Notes: generated by a model not told the origin, from the sequence alone. Positions 9,761 to 19,460 are shown, counted from the first letter of the stretch. The stretch is DNA of 64,000 nucleotides from an uncultured Clostridia bacterium (GCA_934180065.1 CAKPRA010000001.1:12669-76668), one strand, 5' to 3'. Numbers and translations: made by a program.

Positions 9761-12700
9761 TTATCTATCATTTCTTCCATATTGATTATATGTATCATAT
9801 TTTTTATCATCAACATACATATCATATATATCATCATCTGCAATTTTTGTTCTTCCATCTCCATATTTTTTCTCATGATAATTTTTTGTTAATTTATGAT
9901 TTCTTTTAAATGTTGGGAATAGTCCTTGTTGTACTATTTGAGCAACTGCACTTGCTATTCCAATAATTACTGTACCATTTCCTAATTTATATGCCTTTGA
10001 ACCTTTTGGTATTGCCATACCTTCTATACCAGTTATACTATCACCTTTTACACGAGCTTGTAATGGGCCTGCAACTTTAGTTTCATACCACTCAAATCCA
10101 TCTGGAATCTTTCTTTCTTTTTTTACAATTTTTGAAACTATCTTTGTTGCTCCTTCAGGAATATTCATGTCAGACCATCCTCTTCCCATAGAATGACCAC
10201 TACCTTTTGCCATTTGTACTGTTTCGTTAAAGAATGAAAGTTTATCATCACTTGCATTTAACGCTTCTACATATTTTTGTTTTATAGAGTCTGGTAATAA
10301 CTTATGTAAATCTGAAATTTTTGTAGAATCACTTATATTTAATACACCATATGCATTAGAAAATTCTGAACAATTTGGATGTGTATCAATATACTGTTTA
10401 ATTGCCTCATCTCCTATCGAATATGAAATATTATTTCCTGAAACATCTGTAAATCTAAAATTAATACCTTGTGTAACTGTATCACTTGATGTAAATGTTC
10501 CAGGTGCATGCGCTGTATGTGCTCCTAAATCTGCTGACCAATATGCAGTATCACCTCTCACGCAATCTCCAACTGTAGCATTCTCATATGTTATTGGTAT
10601 TTCTGTAGTTTCTTCAACATCTATAGTTTGAGTTTTATATTTTGGTCTTTGTTCCCATATCGTTGATTTTTGATTTGTTTGTATATCTCCTGGGTTTACA
10701 TTCTGACTTGGATCTTCAACAATTTTTGGTCTACTTAAGAAGTATTTTAATCCTAAAAGAGTAGCCGATGCTGCTATTTTTAATCCTCTATCAATATTCT
10801 TTGTTTTTCCTCTTAATATATTTTTTCTGCTTACTGAATTTGTCCATACTGTATCACCTATTGTTCCACTGAAATCTAATTCATTTACTAAATCTAAGTT
10901 CATATTTCCTACTGAATCACCAGGATTACGTTGCACAAATTTTCCATCTCTTTTACGTCCGCCTTTGACAAATGATTCACTTTGATCTGTAATGGGTACT
11001 GCTGTTTTTCCTCCAAATGTTAATATAGATCTTTGCATAGCTTTTTTTGCAACATCATCTTTATTTAAAGTTGCATAATTATCATATATATCTTCATAAA
11101 TTTCTGAAGATTTTGACATATTTTTATATGATGCTTTTCTAGCTTTCTGATTTCTTTTTGCATTTTCCTTATCTTGAAGTAATTTTACTTTAGCATGTCT
11201 TATCCATTTATCTTCTACAGATTCATCTATTACTTTACATCTATCTTGTATCAATTTTTCGGTTAATTTAACTTTATTTCCATTTCCATCTGGAACCTTA
11301 AAATTAAACCAGCTCTTAAACCATGCTCCAAAAGCAGTTGAACCATTATTCATATAATATTCTTGTCTTGCTTCCTTTCGTGCACTCGCACCTACTTTAT
11401 ATGGTGTTGGCATATCATATGTTCCTGAAATTTTTGATCCAAGATATCTAACTCCTGCAGCTCCCAAACCTATAACTGTTTCTAAAGTTCTTACTGGTAA
11501 TGACGCTAGACCTGCCACATTTGAGATTGCTGTTCTTATTACATGTCTTTTTCCATCAGCTTTTTCTTTAAAACTAGTCCATTTAAATATTGCAGCAGCT
11601 CTATCTTTTGCAGTCACTTTTCCACCGTTATTTCTTACCATCATCGCAGAGCCACCAGTTTTTAATATAGCAACTGTATCTCTTGAATCAAAATGTGAGC
11701 TATTGTAATTTTTAACATAGTCAACTTCTCTTAGAAATCTTTGTTTGATTAGACCTTTTAACTGGTTTATCTCTTCGCTTTTGGCATCTATCTCATCTTT
11801 TGGTTTACCAGCATTTTGTAAATCCTGTAATTCCTGACTTAACTTATCTAATCTGTTTTTATATTCATCAGAATAACCTTCTTCTATACCTACTACCTGG
11901 CATAAACTTATTTTTTTAGATTTTTCTTCCCATGATTCCAATTGCATAAATCTTAAGTCATCTTCTTTTTCTGGATAGTCTTCTATATACTCATAATTAT
12001 AGTCTACCTCTGTTCCATCAGATTTTGTAAATTTTTCTGTTTTATTTTTTCTATGTTCTTGAAATCTTTTCCATCTTTCTTTATACTCTTTTGCTTTTTC
12101 TTTATCTCCATATGTCTTAGCTCTACAATCATCATGTCTAAATTTCTTTTCATCATCAATTTTTTGTTTTGTATCACTATCAAACTCATTTATATATGCT
12201 TCTCTATCATCTGCATCTCTATCTAAAATACCATTTTCAATGTCAATTATTTTTACATGATCTGCAAATATTTCCATTTTTTGATCTTCGATATCAATTT
12301 TATTTTTTATTTGTTCTGATTTTTCTTCTACTGCCTTTATTGCATCATCTATTTTCTTTATACTATCTTCAATTTTTGCTTTTTCTGCTCCTGTTTTAGA
12401 TGGGTATGCTTTTGGATCTAAAATAATTAATAATTTCATATCAGGCATTAATCTTATAACTTCTTCATCTTTAATATTTATAGTATTTCCATCTTTATCA
12501 GTATATGAAAAAACTCCATTTTGTGCATTTTCAAATTGCTTTCTAATCTCTTCATATTGTGTTGCTAAAGAAATTAGTTGTTTATTTTTTAATGCTTCTG
12601 TTTTATTTTTTGAATCTCCACTTGTAATATTAGCATCTTCGGTCAAATCTGCCAAAGTAGTAGTATCCAATCCTTTATCATGCAATTCTTGGATTTTATC

Positions 12701-13384
12701 TTTCATTCCTTGTTTCATAGTATCTATCTGCGTTGCGTAATTTGTTTTTGCTGCATCATACATTGAAGTAGCATGTGCAGGATCTGTAATCCATGATTTA
12801 AGTCTATTTATTTCATCTATTGTATCTGTAAGCTTTTGTAGCTGTTCATTATATAATTTGCTCTCTGCTATTATTTCTCTTCTATCTTTTTCTGGACTAG
12901 TAGTTTTATCAAAGAAAATTTTATGTTCTATATAATTATACTTATCTTGTAGCTTTTGTAATTCCTCTTTTTCTAATTGACTACTTGCAATACCTTCTTG
13001 TAGTGCTTGCTTATATTCATTTTGATCTGGATCTTTCAATACTAAGTCTTGTCTTATTTCAGCAGTTTTAAATATTGATTCTGTTGCTAATTCTAATGCT
13101 TGCTTTAGTGCATCATAGTCTGTAGTATTTCCTGCTGCAGGTGAAGCATGAGATGTTTCTCTATCATCTATTTTTTTTGTTAATTCTTTATATAATTTAT
13201 GGAAATTATTATCATTTTCATTATCTTGATCTAATTCAATGTCTGCATTTGCTGATAATTCATTCATTATGTCATCTATTGCTTGTTTTGCTTCATCATA
13301 TTTTCCATCTGTCAATAATTTTTCAAAGTCACTTACAATATTCTGCATTTCTTGATTTATTCTATCAAAAGAAATATCCACCAA
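9761..13384 (-). CDS. Large 1207-aa protein, unknown function (module 2, large)
   Basis: Long ORF with a TTG/GTG start after an AAGGGGGG SD. About 550 aa of N-terminal charged coiled-coil is followed by a mixed region with amphipathic G/A-rich stretches. No signal peptide. Confidence 0.75.
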   Translation of the reverse strand: MVDISFDRINQEMQNIVSDFEKLLTDGKYDEAKQAIDDIMNELSANADIELDQDNENDNNFHKLYKELTKKIDDRETSHASPAAGNTTDYDALKQALELATESIFKTAEIRQDLVLKDPDQNEYKQALQEGIASSQLEKEELQKLQDKYNYIEHKIFFDKTTSPEKDRREIIAESKLYNEQLQKLTDTIDEINRLKSWITDPAHATSMYDAAKTNYATQIDTMKQGMKDKIQELHDKGLDTTTLADLTEDANITSGDSKNKTEALKNKQLISLATQYEEIRKQFENAQNGVFSYTDKDGNTINIKDEEVIRLMPDMKLLIILDPKAYPSKTGAEKAKIEDSIKKIDDAIKAVEEKSEQIKNKIDIEDQKMEIFADHVKIIDIENGILDRDADDREAYINEFDSDTKQKIDDEKKFRHDDCRAKTYGDKEKAKEYKERWKRFQEHRKNKTEKFTKSDGTEVDYNYEYIEDYPEKEDDLRFMQLESWEEKSKKISLCQVVGIEEGYSDEYKNRLDKLSQELQDLQNAGKPKDEIDAKSEEINQLKGLIKQRFLREVDYVKNYNSSHFDSRDTVAILKTGGSAMMVRNNGGKVTAKDRAAAIFKWTSFKEKADGKRHVIRTAISNVAGLASLPVRTLETVIGLGAAGVRYLGSKISGTYDMPTPYKVGASARKEARQEYYMNNGSTAFGAWFKSWFNFKVPDGNGNKVKLTEKLIQDRCKVIDESVEDKWIRHAKVKLLQDKENAKRNQKARKASYKNMSKSSEIYEDIYDNYATLNKDDVAKKAMQRSILTFGGKTAVPITDQSESFVKGGRKRDGKFVQRNPGDSVGNMNLDLVNELDFSGTIGDTVWTNSVSRKNILRGKTKNIDRGLKIAASATLLGLKYFLSRPKIVEDPSQNVNPGDIQTNQKSTIWEQRPKYKTQTIDVEETTEIPITYENATVGDCVRGDTAYWSADLGAHTAHAPGTFTSSDTVTQGINFRFTDVSGNNISYSIGDEAIKQYIDTHPNCSEFSNAYGVLNISDSTKISDLHKLLPDSIKQKYVEALNASDDKLSFFNETVQMAKGSGHSMGRGWSDMNIPEGATKIVSKIVKKERKIPDGFEWYETKVAGPLQARVKGDSITGIEGMAIPKGSKAYKLGNGTVIIGIASAVAQIVQQGLFPTFKRNHKLTKNYHEKKYGDGRTKIADDDIYDMYVDDKKYDTYNQYGRNDR

Positions 13385-13413
13385 TTATTCCCCCCTTTTT
13401 CGCTTCTTCATTA

Positions 13414-13566
13414 TTATATTGATTCCAATAATATCGCCTTTATTCTGTTTATTTGCTCATTATATTCTAATAATTGCTCTGTGGAAGCTTTTTTTAAAGT
13501 TTCTTCTGTCATTAGACTATTAACCTTTTTTAATGCTTCTAACAATTGTTTTACATTTTCATCCAT
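13414..13566 (-). CDS. Small helical protein, 50 aa (module 2, small)
   Basis: Hand translation: MDENVKQLLEALKKVNSLMTEETLKKASTEQLLEYNEQINRIKAILLESI. It has an AAGGAGG SD and appears paralogous to the 55-aa ORF at 15807-15974. Confidence 0.6.
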   Translation of the reverse strand: MDENVKQLLEALKKVNSLMTEETLKKASTEQLLEYNEQINRIKAILLESI

Positions 13567-13585
13567 AAAATTTCCTCCTTTGTAA

Positions 13586-15739
13586 TTATAATTCTAAATC
13601 ATTATCAACATCATTATGTAATATATCATTATGTTGAGTTTGAACTCTTTTTGCATGTTTCTCAACATTATCTTGATAACTATCACCTTTTGCTTTTCTT
13701 ATATTTGTTATTTCATCTTTTCCTACTTTTGCACTTCTATATAATACTTCTTCATAAACTGCAGCTTCTAATTCATCTTGTAAATCAGTCTTATCTACCT
13801 TTTTAGCATCTGTGCCTTGATCTTTTCCTGCATTATATAATTGATGTTGTACTTGTGCACTTTTCTTAATTCTATCAAATAATTTTTCAAATGCATTTCT
13901 TTCTTGATTATTTATGATGACTTCTTCATATTCTTTTAAAGCTTCTTTTTTAATAAATTTATTTTGGCTACTAGTTAGCATTCTATTTCTTATATCATGT
14001 TTTTTCCATAATCTACCAGCAGCAAAGAATCTTGTAAATACATTACCAATTTTTAATCCCTTTAAAATACTTCTCTTCTCTGATCTTTTTAAAGAATCAA
14101 TTTTCGCTAATACTGCAGTTTCATCAAAGCCTTTTTGTAAATAATAATCTCTATCATCATTTGTTAAGCTTTGAATATCCATTACTGGTTTTTGTTCCAT
14201 AACTGGTTTTCCTGCACCATCTAAAACTGGATTTCCTGTTGTAGGATCAACTTTAGGAACCTCTTCTGTACAAATTTCTTGTACATATACAGGTTTTCCT
14301 GTTGTAGGATCAACTTTAGGTTTACCATTTTCCATAACTTGTTCATATTCTACCTTATAGTATGGGTTTCCATCTCTATCAATCTTTGGTGTTCCATCAG
14401 AATTTAATACTGGTTCATATTTAGGCTTTTTTGTTATTTTTCCAGTTCCGTCATCAACATCCACATATACTGGTTTTTTTGTTGAACTATCTATTACTTG
14501 TATAAATTCTGTCATAACTGGATTTCCTTTAGTATCAATTACTGGATTTCCACCAATATCTAATAATTGCCTCTTAATTACTTTTGGCTGAGTTTTTGGT
14601 TTTGCCTTAGTAGAAGAAATTCTATCATAAATTTCTTTATATTGCTCAACATTTTTATTCCTTAAATCAATTAATCTTTCTTCTCTTCTTATTGCTGATG
14701 CTATATCTACATTCATTGACTTTGAAGCATCTTCTAAATATTTATCTACTGATTGTCTTGATGATTTTAGTATTGCTGGATCCGTATTATCTGTATTTAA
14801 TATTGCATCTTCTATTGTTGAATTAATTCCTAATTCTGCCTTTTCTGCATCAGTTAATGTAGTAACTCTTTTAGCTAAATTTTTATATGTACTGTCTATT
14901 TCTGTTTCTACATTTGCTAGTTGAACAGTTATATTTGTTGTAGCCTTTGCTCTATTAGCATCTGTTTCCCAATCATCAAAAATATGTTTATCTACACCTT
15001 TAATGTCTAGCTTTTTTACACTATTAGCTAAATATTTTAAATTATTTTCTGCTCTTTTAATTTGTTCATCTAATTTAGCTTGTTTATTTGGATCTGTTTC
15101 TGATGCACGACTAGTTTTTAGTGAATCTAATTGTGTAAATTGTTTTTTTGCAACTTCCAAACTTGTAATTGCTCTTTTACAATCTCCTATTATTGTTGAA
15201 TAACTTTTTTGAGAGTAACTACCAGTTTTTATTATAGAGTCTTTTCCTAATAATTTTTCGAAAACTTTTTCTCTATCTTTTTGACTTCTTTTTAGCTCTT
15301 CTATATAAGTTCTACTATCTTGATTTGCTTTATCTGCATAATCTTTAAATTTATCTATAGAAAATCCTCTTTTAACTAATTCATTACTTAAATTTTGTTG
15401 ATTAAACATTGAAGTTAAATATTTATTCATTTCTGCAATAAGTTTATCTCTATCTACATTTGTAGTTGTATGAGTATTTATATCATTTTGTACTCTAGTA
15501 AATATTTCTGTAGATATTTTTCCAATATCAGCTACCTCTCCTGTTGATAAAGTTATTGTATTTTTACCATTTGAATCTACATTTACAATTCCTGGTGTTA
15601 CTAAAAAACTATTAATTTGATCCACCGCAAGTTTCACATCTGCATAATTCTCATTTTTTAAAGCATTTTCAATTTCTGTTAATAAACTCCCTAAATTTAC
15701 ATCTGTTAAATCTGATGCATTTAAACTTTTTAAATCCAT
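13586..15739 (-). CDS. Large 717-aa protein with G-x-P-V repeats, unknown function (module 1, large)
   Basis: Long ORF with a charged helical N-half. The central region carries repeats such as KVDPTTGKPVYV and KVDPTTGNPVLD. Confidence 0.75.
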   Translation of the reverse strand: MDLKSLNASDLTDVNLGSLLTEIENALKNENYADVKLAVDQINSFLVTPGIVNVDSNGKNTITLSTGEVADIGKISTEIFTRVQNDINTHTTTNVDRDKLIAEMNKYLTSMFNQQNLSNELVKRGFSIDKFKDYADKANQDSRTYIEELKRSQKDREKVFEKLLGKDSIIKTGSYSQKSYSTIIGDCKRAITSLEVAKKQFTQLDSLKTSRASETDPNKQAKLDEQIKRAENNLKYLANSVKKLDIKGVDKHIFDDWETDANRAKATTNITVQLANVETEIDSTYKNLAKRVTTLTDAEKAELGINSTIEDAILNTDNTDPAILKSSRQSVDKYLEDASKSMNVDIASAIRREERLIDLRNKNVEQYKEIYDRISSTKAKPKTQPKVIKRQLLDIGGNPVIDTKGNPVMTEFIQVIDSSTKKPVYVDVDDGTGKITKKPKYEPVLNSDGTPKIDRDGNPYYKVEYEQVMENGKPKVDPTTGKPVYVQEICTEEVPKVDPTTGNPVLDGAGKPVMEQKPVMDIQSLTNDDRDYYLQKGFDETAVLAKIDSLKRSEKRSILKGLKIGNVFTRFFAAGRLWKKHDIRNRMLTSSQNKFIKKEALKEYEEVIINNQERNAFEKLFDRIKKSAQVQHQLYNAGKDQGTDAKKVDKTDLQDELEAAVYEEVLYRSAKVGKDEITNIRKAKGDSYQDNVEKHAKRVQTQHNDILHNDVDNDLEL
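14229..14320. repeat. Intragenic direct repeat (29 nt, 63-nt period)
   Basis: ggatttcctgttgtaggatcaactttagg (14229-14257) against ggttttcctgttgtaggatcaactttagg (14292-14320), 28/29 identical. Confidence 0.85.
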
Positions 15740-15806
15740 AATTTATCGCAATTACCTATATAGTAATCGCATCCTCCTTCTTTTCATATTTTATTCTACA
15801 ATTTTT

Positions 15807-15974
15807 TTATCTTTCTTTATAATTATTTTTGTAAGTAGCTAACATCAATGCTTTTAGTTTATCTACTTCAACTAAATATTTCGCTAATTGTTTTGGTGAT
15901 GCGCCCTCAATAGATTCTTTATCTATTTTGGCTTGTAGTTCTTTTATTTTTTTAGTTATATCACTACTTTCCAT
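15807..15974 (-). CDS. Small helical protein, 55 aa (module 1, small)
   Basis: Hand translation: MESSDITKKIKELQAKIDKESIEGASPKQLAKYLVEVDKLKALMLATYKNNYKER. An AAAGGTGG SD lies upstream. Confidence 0.6.
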   Translation of the reverse strand: MESSDITKKIKELQAKIDKESIEGASPKQLAKYLVEVDKLKALMLATYKNNYKER

Positions 15975-16015
15975 TTTAATACCACCTTTCCTTAATAATA
16001 TACATTATATATTAT

Positions 16016-16044
16016 ATTTTATCATTAATCTTTTTTATTTGCAA
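16016..16044 (-). promoter_or_regulatory. Putative sigma-A promoter of the six-gene operon
   Basis: On the minus strand: TTGCAA, 17-nt spacer, TAAAAT, about 40 nt upstream of the first small ORF. Confidence 0.4.
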
Positions 16045-16180
16045 TAGCAATTTACATAATTCGGCAAAAAATCGTACGCATTGAATAAATTTTCTGTATT
16101 TTTACATCAAATATTGTTTTTTCCTACTTTTTATGGTATAGTATTTTATACTTATATAATTAATTTTAGGAGGTAATATT

Positions 16181-17287
16181 TTGAAAAAAGATGTTTTCAG
16201 TGATTATTATGATTTCCTTGACGATGATTTTCAAAAATTATCAAAGAAAAAAAACAAGGCTACTTCTTCTACAATCAAAGTATCAACTATAAAAAAAGCT
16301 TTATCAAATGTAAAGAAACGTACAAAATCTTCAGTTCCCTCAAAAAATCAATATGAATATTATGATATAGATTTATTTGATTTTTCTTCTACTACATCAA
16401 AAATTGCAAATGTTCAAAAAAAAACAAAGCCCACAAAACAAAAAAAACCCAGAAAATCTTCTAAATTTATAAAATTCCCACAAACACAAAAGTCACAAAA
16501 ATCTTCGACAATGCAAAGTGCTTCAATTAGAAAAAATATAATAGATTATGATGATTTTGATTTTATAATAAATACATCAAGGAGTGTTACAAATAGTGTT
16601 TCTCAAAATACAAATATAAATTCAAGTAAATATACAAATTCCCAATTACACGGTGGTAGAAAATTTCATATAGTAATTGATCAGAGTTCAGGAAATTACA
16701 CCTTACTTGATAGTTATCTTAGCATAGTAGATTCTATGGATTCAAATCCATTATTTAGTTTTTTTACTCAAAAATATAAATTACATAAATTTAAAAGACA
16801 ACTAAAAAGGGATTTTAAATCATACATAAAATCTTGTCATAAAAATAAACAAGTACCTGATTCTAAATTTAAAGATATGTATAAAAAAACTAAGTACTAC
16901 TTGGCAATTTGCCCTGATGCAGATTATCAAATATTAGAACTTTTACGAAATAATGTTACAAAAATAAATCCTAATTACGCTAACTACCAAACAGCCTGTA
17001 CAGAATATTTATATGAACTTGCTAAATATGAAGATGGTAACCCAGATAATATGCCTTTTGATATAAACTTTTGTTGTGATAAAATAAACAATAAACATTC
17101 TTATATATCTTATCAATTTAATCCATCACCTAATCCTGTACAAACATTTAAAACATTATATAAGCAAAAAAATAATGTGCAATCAGAATGTCAATCAAAT
17201 ATTAGATATGATGCAATAGTTCCAAATACCAAATTTTCTGATGTCCGTAAAGTTCGTACACCTATTACACATGATGATAGAAGTTAA
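16181..17287 (+). CDS. Hypothetical K/S/N-rich protein
   Basis: 368-aa ORF with a TTG start after an AGGAGG SD. The N-half is low-complexity and basic, the C-half contains Cys. No motif recognised. Confidence 0.6.
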   Translation: MKKDVFSDYYDFLDDDFQKLSKKKNKATSSTIKVSTIKKALSNVKKRTKSSVPSKNQYEYYDIDLFDFSSTTSKIANVQKKTKPTKQKKPRKSSKFIKFPQTQKSQKSSTMQSASIRKNIIDYDDFDFIINTSRSVTNSVSQNTNINSSKYTNSQLHGGRKFHIVIDQSSGNYTLLDSYLSIVDSMDSNPLFSFFTQKYKLHKFKRQLKRDFKSYIKSCHKNKQVPDSKFKDMYKKTKYYLAICPDADYQILELLRNNVTKINPNYANYQTACTEYLYELAKYEDGNPDNMPFDINFCCDKINNKHSYISYQFNPSPNPVQTFKTLYKQKNNVQSECQSNIRYDAIVPNTKFSDVRKVRTPITHDDRS

Positions 17288-17289
17288 CT

Positions 17290-17333
17290 AAAAGTACAAT
17301 TTCAATTTTAAATTAATTTGGAATTGTACTTTT
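17290..17333. terminator. Bidirectional terminator
   Basis: Stem aaaagtacaatt(t)c / gaattgtactttt between convergent genes. Confidence 0.6.
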
Positions 17334-17372
17334 ATCTCTCCTTTAGATAGACTTTGAAAAATGCCATAAATC

Positions 17373-19346
17373 TCATCTTCTTACAACTAACTTATTGATT
17401 TTTGCTTTTATATAACTTTCCAATTTTCCCATAAACTCATCAGACTTGATTTCTTTTTTTGCTACCATATCTAACCCTTTCTCCCAACTAGCTGTTAATT
17501 TTGGATTTAACATATCAGGCATAGAGCCATTTACAACATCATATATAGCCTCCCCCTTCTCTGTTGGTGTTATAATCTGAGTCTTACTATTAATTTTTAT
17601 ATATTTTATTCTTTCCAACTTTTCAATTATGCCACCTCTTGTTGCACTTGTTCCAATTCCAGCCCCCTTAATTTGCTCTCTTAGCTCTTCATCTTCTATC
17701 AATTTTCCAGCATTCTCCATAGCAAGAATTATAGAACCAGAATTATATCTTGTAGGCGGTGATGTTTCAGCATTTTTAGTTTCAAAATTAACGACCTTAA
17801 TTTCAGAATCTTTTTTTAATTTTGTTAAAATTTTCAAACTTTCTTCCTGAGAATCTTGTTTATTATCTTCATTTTGAACTCCATTATTTTTACCTTCATT
17901 AGATAAATCATTTTTCTCATCTTTCTTTGAAGATTTAGCAATTTCCAAATATCCTTGTTTTATACAAACTTTTCCAGAAACAGAAAACTGCTCTTTTTCA
18001 ATCTGAATAATAGCAGAAACTTTACTAAATTCTGCAGGTGGATAAAAGATTTGTATAAATCTCTTAACAATTACCTTATATATTTTTTTATCTAAATCAG
18101 GTAACTTATCATAATTTTCAAACCCCTGACCTGTGGGAACAATAGCATAATGGTCTGTTATCTTACTATCATCAACATATTTTGATTTAACAATATTAGT
18201 CGAATATTTTTCATCAACCATTTTTCTAATATAACCTTGAACTTCCTCATCTTTATATCCTTTTGCCAACCCATTTAAATTTTTAGAAATAATCTTTGCA
18301 ACAGCAGTTGACAATACTCTAGCATCTGTTCTAGGATATGTAACCAACTTTTTCTCATACAAATTTTGAATTATTTCTAATGTTTCATCAGGTTTTATTT
18401 TAAATTTCTTTGTACACTCATTTTGTATTTCGGCTAAGTTAAATAATAAAGGAGCATTTTCCTTTTGTTTTGACTTTTTAACCTCCTTAACAATAGCTTT
18501 TTTATCTTTTAAAGATAAAATAAATTTCTGAGCATCTTCAATTTTTTTAAACCCAGTATCATTATATAATTGTGGAGAATTAAACATTTTAGAATCCTCT
18601 GTTACTTTCCATTCAGCTTTAAATGTGCTCTCATCCTCTCCAAATTCTCCAACAATCTTATAATATGGGACTTTAACAAAATTGTTTATTTCTCTTTCTC
18701 TTGAAACGACCATCCCCAAAACACAAGTCATAACTCTTCCAACAGAAATAGAAACTTTTTCTTCATTTATTTTACCAGCAATTCGCTTTCCAAAAATAAT
18801 TGATAATAACCTAGAAAAATTTATACCTATTAGATAATCCTCTTTTGCTCTTAAATAAGCAGCATCAGAAAGACTATCATATTCAGATAAATCTTTAGCC
18901 TCTTTAATTCCTCTTTTTATTTCATCTTCTGTTTGAGAATCAATCCACACTCTCTTCATTTTAGCAGAAGGATTTGGATTAGCCATCATAAAAACCAAAC
19001 GCTGTATATATTCTCCTTCACGCCCAGAGTCACCCGCATTATATATTTCTTCAACATCTTCTCTCTGTAGCAATTGTTGTACTACATTAAATTGATTTTG
19101 AACAGCAGGAATTATTTCATATTTCCACTTATCTGGAATAAATGGTAATGTATCAAGTCTCCAAAACTTTAAATTCTCATCATACTTCTCCGGATATGAC
19201 ATTGTAACCAAATGACCAACACACCATGTAATAATCCATTCATCAGACTCTATATATCCATTTTTCCTAATACCTTTTATATCTAAAACCTTCGCAAATT
19301 CCATTGCAACAGACGGTTTCTCCGTTATAATTAATTTTTTCGCCAA
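17373..19346 (-). CDS. topB: DNA topoisomerase III
   Basis: Toprim N-terminus MAKKLIITEKPS and a type IA topoisomerase core (TYPRTD active-site Tyr context). 657 aa. Confidence 0.85.
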   Translation of the reverse strand: MAKKLIITEKPSVAMEFAKVLDIKGIRKNGYIESDEWIITWCVGHLVTMSYPEKYDENLKFWRLDTLPFIPDKWKYEIIPAVQNQFNVVQQLLQREDVEEIYNAGDSGREGEYIQRLVFMMANPNPSAKMKRVWIDSQTEDEIKRGIKEAKDLSEYDSLSDAAYLRAKEDYLIGINFSRLLSIIFGKRIAGKINEEKVSISVGRVMTCVLGMVVSREREINNFVKVPYYKIVGEFGEDESTFKAEWKVTEDSKMFNSPQLYNDTGFKKIEDAQKFILSLKDKKAIVKEVKKSKQKENAPLLFNLAEIQNECTKKFKIKPDETLEIIQNLYEKKLVTYPRTDARVLSTAVAKIISKNLNGLAKGYKDEEVQGYIRKMVDEKYSTNIVKSKYVDDSKITDHYAIVPTGQGFENYDKLPDLDKKIYKVIVKRFIQIFYPPAEFSKVSAIIQIEKEQFSVSGKVCIKQGYLEIAKSSKKDEKNDLSNEGKNNGVQNEDNKQDSQEESLKILTKLKKDSEIKVVNFETKNAETSPPTRYNSGSIILAMENAGKLIEDEELREQIKGAGIGTSATRGGIIEKLERIKYIKINSKTQIITPTEKGEAIYDVVNGSMPDMLNPKLTASWEKGLDMVAKKEIKSDEFMGKLESYIKAKINKLVVRR

Positions 19347-19460
19347 ATGTATCTCATCCTTTTTCTTTATATCTAAAAATTACTGAAATATATAATATTA
19401 TAAAAAAAATTTTTTTTCAATAATTTTACATTCATATTTTACAAAATAAATAACCAACTA

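Noticed and set aside
10178-10204. A GSGHSMGRG segment in the 1207-aa protein looks like the GxSxG (GHSMG) nucleophile elbow of alpha/beta hydrolases.
   Set aside because: It isn't preceded by the hydrophobic beta-strand expected before the elbow. I see no His/Asp partners in a plausible arrangement. A five-residue match is expected by chance in a protein this long.
15740-15806. A strong GAAGGAGG lies 33 nt upstream of the 717-aa gene start. An ATG immediately follows it and opens a 6-codon mini-ORF (MRLLYR).
   Set aside because: The SD-to-ATG spacing is essentially zero and the peptide is trivial. I can't distinguish a leader peptide from chance. It is noted only as uncertainty about how the 717-aa gene is initiated.
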